A program made the position numbers and the translations under genes. Shown piece by piece: positions 60,056 through 64,000 of a DNA stretch of 64,000 nt. A model generated the notes under the pieces. It was not told the DNA's origin and searched no databases. It saw only the letters and a list, made by a program, of their open reading frames with translations. The stretch is from Myxococcota bacterium (lineage in GTDB: Bacteria; Myxococcota_A; SURF-8). Where the stretch lies: positions 192,001 to 256,000 of the forward strand of contig OZ223209.1 in the NCBI GenBank assembly GCA_965140415.1, in the 5' to 3' direction. Numbering within the stretch: the stretch's first letter is position 1; each line of letters starts with the position of its first letter.

Positions 60056-61123
60056 ATGTCCCGCAGTTGGATGGTATTCGCCCTGGTGTTGCTGGTGCTG
60101 CTTGGCTATGGCTGTAATTCAGGGGGAGACGAGGTAGATGGCGACCAGGAGAGCAGCGAACAGCCTGCCGGACTGACACTGGGTATGCTCTGCACCAGCC
60201 CTTTGCAATGTTCGGGCGGTATCTGCAATGCGGATGACGGCGGGGATTTCTGCACCATGGCCTGTGCGGCGGATTCTCAGTGTCAAGAGCAATTGGCCAA
60301 TAGCTGCTGCATGCGTGTGGACAATCAGAACATTTGCCTGGTGCCCAGTCTCTGCCCGAACACTCCCGATGGCGACAGCGATCTTCCCGACGGCGATTTC
60401 GATTACGACCTCGACCTGCCCGACATGATTTGCAGTCCTGATGAATTGAAATGCGATGAAAACAGCGTGGTCCGCTGTAACTCGGTCGGTACGCGCTGGC
60501 TTCCTCAAATGGACTGTTCTCAGTATGAACGCTGCGAAAACGGCGCCTGCATCATGATTACCGATGGCGATGCGGACGAAACGACGGAAAATGACGAATC
60601 CGATACCGATGGTTTTGCCTGTGGCGATCCGAGCAACCGCCCCGACGCCATTCTGCGCCAGGCCGAGCGCCTTTTCCAAGAAGATGAAAGCACCCCCGCC
60701 AACGCGGCGGAAATCGCCTACAGCGACAATCCCGCCTTCGAAGACGATACCTACGTGCGGCTCAACGCCGACGACTACGACCAGGAGATGGTATTCGAAA
60801 TCGATATCGATAAGGAATTCGAATACGTGTTCATGATCGACTTTGTATGTGGACGAGATTGGGGCGAAGCATCGTTGTTCCTGGATGACGGCACCGAACC
60901 GATTCCGCTGGCGGATGGCTCCGACCGCATCAACCTGTTCTGCAATCCCGGCGGCAACGAGGAAAAGCCGATCCGCAACATCGACTTTCAGCCGCTTTGC
61001 ATTCCCCCGAACGACCGCCACAAACTGCGGGTGCGCGTCGTCGGCAAAAACGCCGATTCCAACGGCTACACCATCGGGGTAGACTATATCTCCCTGCTGC
61101 CCTATACGTCGCCGGAGGAATAA
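60056..61123 (+). CDS. Cys-rich lipoprotein with DGD linkers and C-terminal CBM-like beta-sandwich
   Basis: AAGGAG RBS, lipobox GYGC, Cys modules, HKLRVRVVGKN..SNGYTIGVDYI. Confidence 0.8.
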   Translation: MSRSWMVFALVLLVLLGYGCNSGGDEVDGDQESSEQPAGLTLGMLCTSPLQCSGGICNADDGGDFCTMACAADSQCQEQLANSCCMRVDNQNICLVPSLCPNTPDGDSDLPDGDFDYDLDLPDMICSPDELKCDENSVVRCNSVGTRWLPQMDCSQYERCENGACIMITDGDADETTENDESDTDGFACGDPSNRPDAILRQAERLFQEDESTPANAAEIAYSDNPAFEDDTYVRLNADDYDQEMVFEIDIDKEFEYVFMIDFVCGRDWGEASLFLDDGTEPIPLADGSDRINLFCNPGGNEEKPIRNIDFQPLCIPPNDRHKLRVRVVGKNADSNGYTIGVDYISLLPYTSPEE

Positions 61124-61402
61124 ACGGATATATGCGGTGTTCGCCGTAGCAAGTGGTAATCGAGGAATAATTCACGATACAATCGGGTTTCCCCAATACG
61201 GGTGAATGGTTCAATTCGGCCAAAAGCGGCTGTTTGCTAAAAATTCGCACTGAGCGGTTTACTTTATTTCTTTTCCTTCGCAGTTTCGCTATAATGCGCC
61301 CGCTTTAGGGAGGGTTCGCGATTTCATCCGAATCGCTAAAAGTGATTGAGAAATGCGATTTGTAGCAAGGCGATAACCAAACGACTCGTTTCAAGGATTT
61401 CG

Positions 61403-62920
61403 ATGACAGCAGACGATAACGGCAAACGCGACACCCGCGACATCGTGCGCGGTGCTCTGGTCAATTTTATCGGCGTAGTCGCGCGCAGCTTGAATTTTGC
61501 GTTTTACATTTTCCTGGGCCGCCTTTACGGTGCGGAAGCCACCGGTCTGTACCTGCTTAGCTGGGCCAGTGTGGATGTGGCCAGTAAGCTGGGAATTCTG
61601 GGGCTGGATCGCGCCATTTTAAGTGTTGTGGCCCGGCATCACAGCGAAAAAGACGAAGACGCCGTTTATCGCGCCATCGGACAGGCACTGTGTATCGGTG
61701 CCTTGGCGACCGTGATTATCGTTGCCACAATGGAACTGGTTGCTGCGCCCATTGCCCTGCATTTCTACGACAAGCCGGAACTTGTACTGCCACTACGTGT
61801 CATGGCCTGGGGTATGCCCTTCTGGACGATTTCCGCCATTTTCCTCTTCGCCACCCGCGCACTGCGTGTGATGCGCTACGAAGTCATTACGAAAAGCGTG
61901 ATCGAGCCGCTGGTGATGCTGACACTGGCGGTGCTTTTCTTTTTCCTGGATATGGGTATGTTCGGATTATCCTTGGCGTTTCTTTGCTCGGTAGCGGCAG
62001 GAGCGCTGGTTGCCGTTTATTTCTTCAGCCGGGAACTCTCGTTAAAGCGGGTCGTGCTTGCCGTTCTGGACAAAGAAGGTCGCTCGGGCCTGCTGCGCTT
62101 TGCGGCTCCGATCGGGTTTTACGATATGCTGAATCTGCTGTTGCAGCGCATCGATATGTTCATGGTGGGGCGCTATGTCCCTACCGCCATGGTCGGTGTT
62201 TACGGCATCGCCGAGGAAGCCGCCTTCACCGTGAAAAAGGTGCGGCAGTCGTTCGATCCGATCTTCATTCCGGTCATTTCCGCCGCCCATCAAGTCAAGG
62301 ATCGGGCGGGTATGCTGCTGCAATATCGTAATGTCACCCGCTGGATTCTGTTGCTTGACGGCGCGGCTTTGGGTGTGGTAATTCTGGCGGGCCGTCCGAT
62401 CATGGGCATTTTCGGAGCGGATTTCAGTACCGGCGCAGTGACGCTGGGGCTGCTGTCGCTGTCGGTCGTGATCAACGGTGTTTTCGGCGTATCCGAGCTC
62501 TTTTTATTGATCAGCCGACCGATGGTCAACCTGATGAACACCATTGGGACGATCATCGTCAATGTCGGGTTGAACCTGCTTCTGATTCCACGCTACGGCA
62601 TGGAAGGCGCGGCGCTGGCGATCACGATTTCGTATGCATTCATGAATGCCGCCCGCGTCATCGAAGTGTCGGTGTTGTTCAAACTTCACCCCTTTACCCG
62701 GCAGCATGGTAGAATTCTACTGGCCTGGGTGCTGGCCTTTGCCGCCATGTTCGGCCTGCAATTGGCGCTGAACAAGCCCGGCACCGGACCGGATCTGGCG
62801 TTTGCCGGAATCTACCTGCTCGTCTATGGTCTGCTGCAATGGCTTATCGGACTGATGCCGGAAGAAAAACAGATTGGTTACAAGATCTTGCGAAAACTGG
62901 GTCTACACTCGGGAAGCTAG
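61403..62920 (+). CDS. Wzx-like oligosaccharide flippase (MOP superfamily)
   Basis: About 14 TM helices; RLYGAEATGLY, RIDMFMVG, VGVYGIA, LIPRYGMEGAALA. Confidence 0.88.
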   Translation: MTADDNGKRDTRDIVRGALVNFIGVVARSLNFAFYIFLGRLYGAEATGLYLLSWASVDVASKLGILGLDRAILSVVARHHSEKDEDAVYRAIGQALCIGALATVIIVATMELVAAPIALHFYDKPELVLPLRVMAWGMPFWTISAIFLFATRALRVMRYEVITKSVIEPLVMLTLAVLFFFLDMGMFGLSLAFLCSVAAGALVAVYFFSRELSLKRVVLAVLDKEGRSGLLRFAAPIGFYDMLNLLLQRIDMFMVGRYVPTAMVGVYGIAEEAAFTVKKVRQSFDPIFIPVISAAHQVKDRAGMLLQYRNVTRWILLLDGAALGVVILAGRPIMGIFGADFSTGAVTLGLLSLSVVINGVFGVSELFLLISRPMVNLMNTIGTIIVNVGLNLLLIPRYGMEGAALAITISYAFMNAARVIEVSVLFKLHPFTRQHGRILLAWVLAFAAMFGLQLALNKPGTGPDLAFAGIYLLVYGLLQWLIGLMPEEKQIGYKILRKLGLHSGS

Positions 62921-62932
62921 AGAGGAAAACAC

Positions 62933-64000
62933 ATGCGAGGCATTATCACCGCGACCAAACAGGGAAATACGCCCGATATGGGCTTGACGGCGTTGATTAA
63001 AATCGGCGGTATCACCTTACTGGAGCGACAGGTACGCATTTTAATGAAAGCCGGGATCAAGGATGTCCTGGTGGTGGCTACGGGGCGCAACGACGCGCTA
63101 CAGGGCGAAATCGACCGCTTCAGCAAGTTGAAGGGGATGCGCGTACGTCTGGTGTGGCCCGGCTGCGAAAGCGGGCTCGATCTGTCCGGCACCTTTGCCG
63201 AAACGGACGACGAACCCTGGATGCTGCTGGATGGTGCATCGATTTTCGACGAGCGCGCACCGAAACTACTGGGTGAAGTCAATGGCGAGCGCGTGGCCTT
63301 GATCGCAAAAGATCAGGTTGAAACCGCTGATGCGGAACAGGGCATGGAGTTCGAAGTCAACGGCAAGCCCTATCTGTTCATGGGGATCGCCCAGCTTCAA
63401 AGCGGCATCACACATAAGATTTTCCCGGACGACGGCGACCAGTGGTTAAAAGATCTGCTGACCGAAGTCGTAGCCAAAGGCGAAGAAGTTACGCTTGCAA
63501 CCGATACGCTGCCGACCTACAACTACGATCTGCGTCGCAACGATCCGTACTATTGGATACCGATTCGCAGCGCAGAGGACAATCCACGCGCCAAGCGCAT
63601 CCTGCTCAACCACGCTCAGAAAAGCGTGTTGGACTGGCCCGCCTGGTACATCCATCGTCCCATCGAAAAGGGCATCATCTACCACCTGTGCGAAACCGCC
63701 ATCACACCGAATCAGTTGACCTTGATCAACAACATCGTGGCCTTTATCGGTGCCTACTATTTCTTCACCGGTTCCTGGTTTCTGGCGCTGATTTTCTCGA
63801 TGGCCGTTGGCATTCTCGATGGCCTGGACGGCAAGCAGGCGCGTACCAAAATGATGACCAGCGAATTCGGTCGCATCGAGGAAGTGCTGGACAAGATTTA
63901 CGAAAACACCTGGTATCTGGGCATGGCCTGGTATCTGGCTCACAGCGGATTCGGTACGCTGCCATACATCCTGTTCGGCATCATCTTTATGGTGAATATG
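62933..64000 (+). CDS. CDP-alcohol phosphotransferase with N-terminal nucleotidyltransferase-like domain (3' end runs off the window)
   Basis: Translated by hand: IGGITLLERQVRIL..AGI, ITPNQLT, LDGLDGKQAR...SEFG....VLD. Confidence 0.85.
   Translation, partial: MRGIITATKQGNTPDMGLTALIKIGGITLLERQVRILMKAGIKDVLVVATGRNDALQGEIDRFSKLKGMRVRLVWPGCESGLDLSGTFAETDDEPWMLLDGASIFDERAPKLLGEVNGERVALIAKDQVETADAEQGMEFEVNGKPYLFMGIAQLQSGITHKIFPDDGDQWLKDLLTEVVAKGEEVTLATDTLPTYNYDLRRNDPYYWIPIRSAEDNPRAKRILLNHAQKSVLDWPAWYIHRPIEKGIIYHLCETAITPNQLTLINNIVAFIGAYYFFTGSWFLALIFSMAVGILDGLDGKQARTKMMTSEFGRIEEVLDKIYENTWYLGMAWYLAHSGFGTLPYILFGIIFMVNM

Overview
Bacterial chromosome segment, mostly GC-rich with AT-richer intergenic and accessory stretches. 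Gene content (MYXO-CTERM-like sorting signal, PEGA, GYF-like and FGE-domain proteins, sigma-54 activator, RACo/AcsF) suggests an anaerobe related to Deltaproteobacteria/Myxococcota; this is inference. The left half carries secreted and lipoprotein genes, an RND efflux operon, and one long minus-strand run: hemE-hemN-hemH-hemY-hemA-hemC-hemD-hemL-[histidine kinase-OmpR regulator]-hemB-[O-antigen ligase/TPR]-[fused murI-murD]. Next come an orphan RACo/AcsF pair, a lipoprotein gene split by an IS200 element, a Fur/PerR regulator, a B12 radical SAM enzyme, and a DnaA-box cluster at about 38.9 kb where gene orientation bias flips. The right half carries Asp-Gly-Asp (DGD) linker lipoproteins, dtd, an IS110 remnant, a degenerate kinase with a receiver protein, a second IS200 and a 133-bp miniature derivative of it, an unusual XRE-TPR-AAA+ sigma-54 activator with a readable local regulon, a flippase and a CDP-alcohol phosphotransferase. 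No rRNA, tRNA or CRISPR array was seen. All calls are from reading the sequence by eye, with no database searches.
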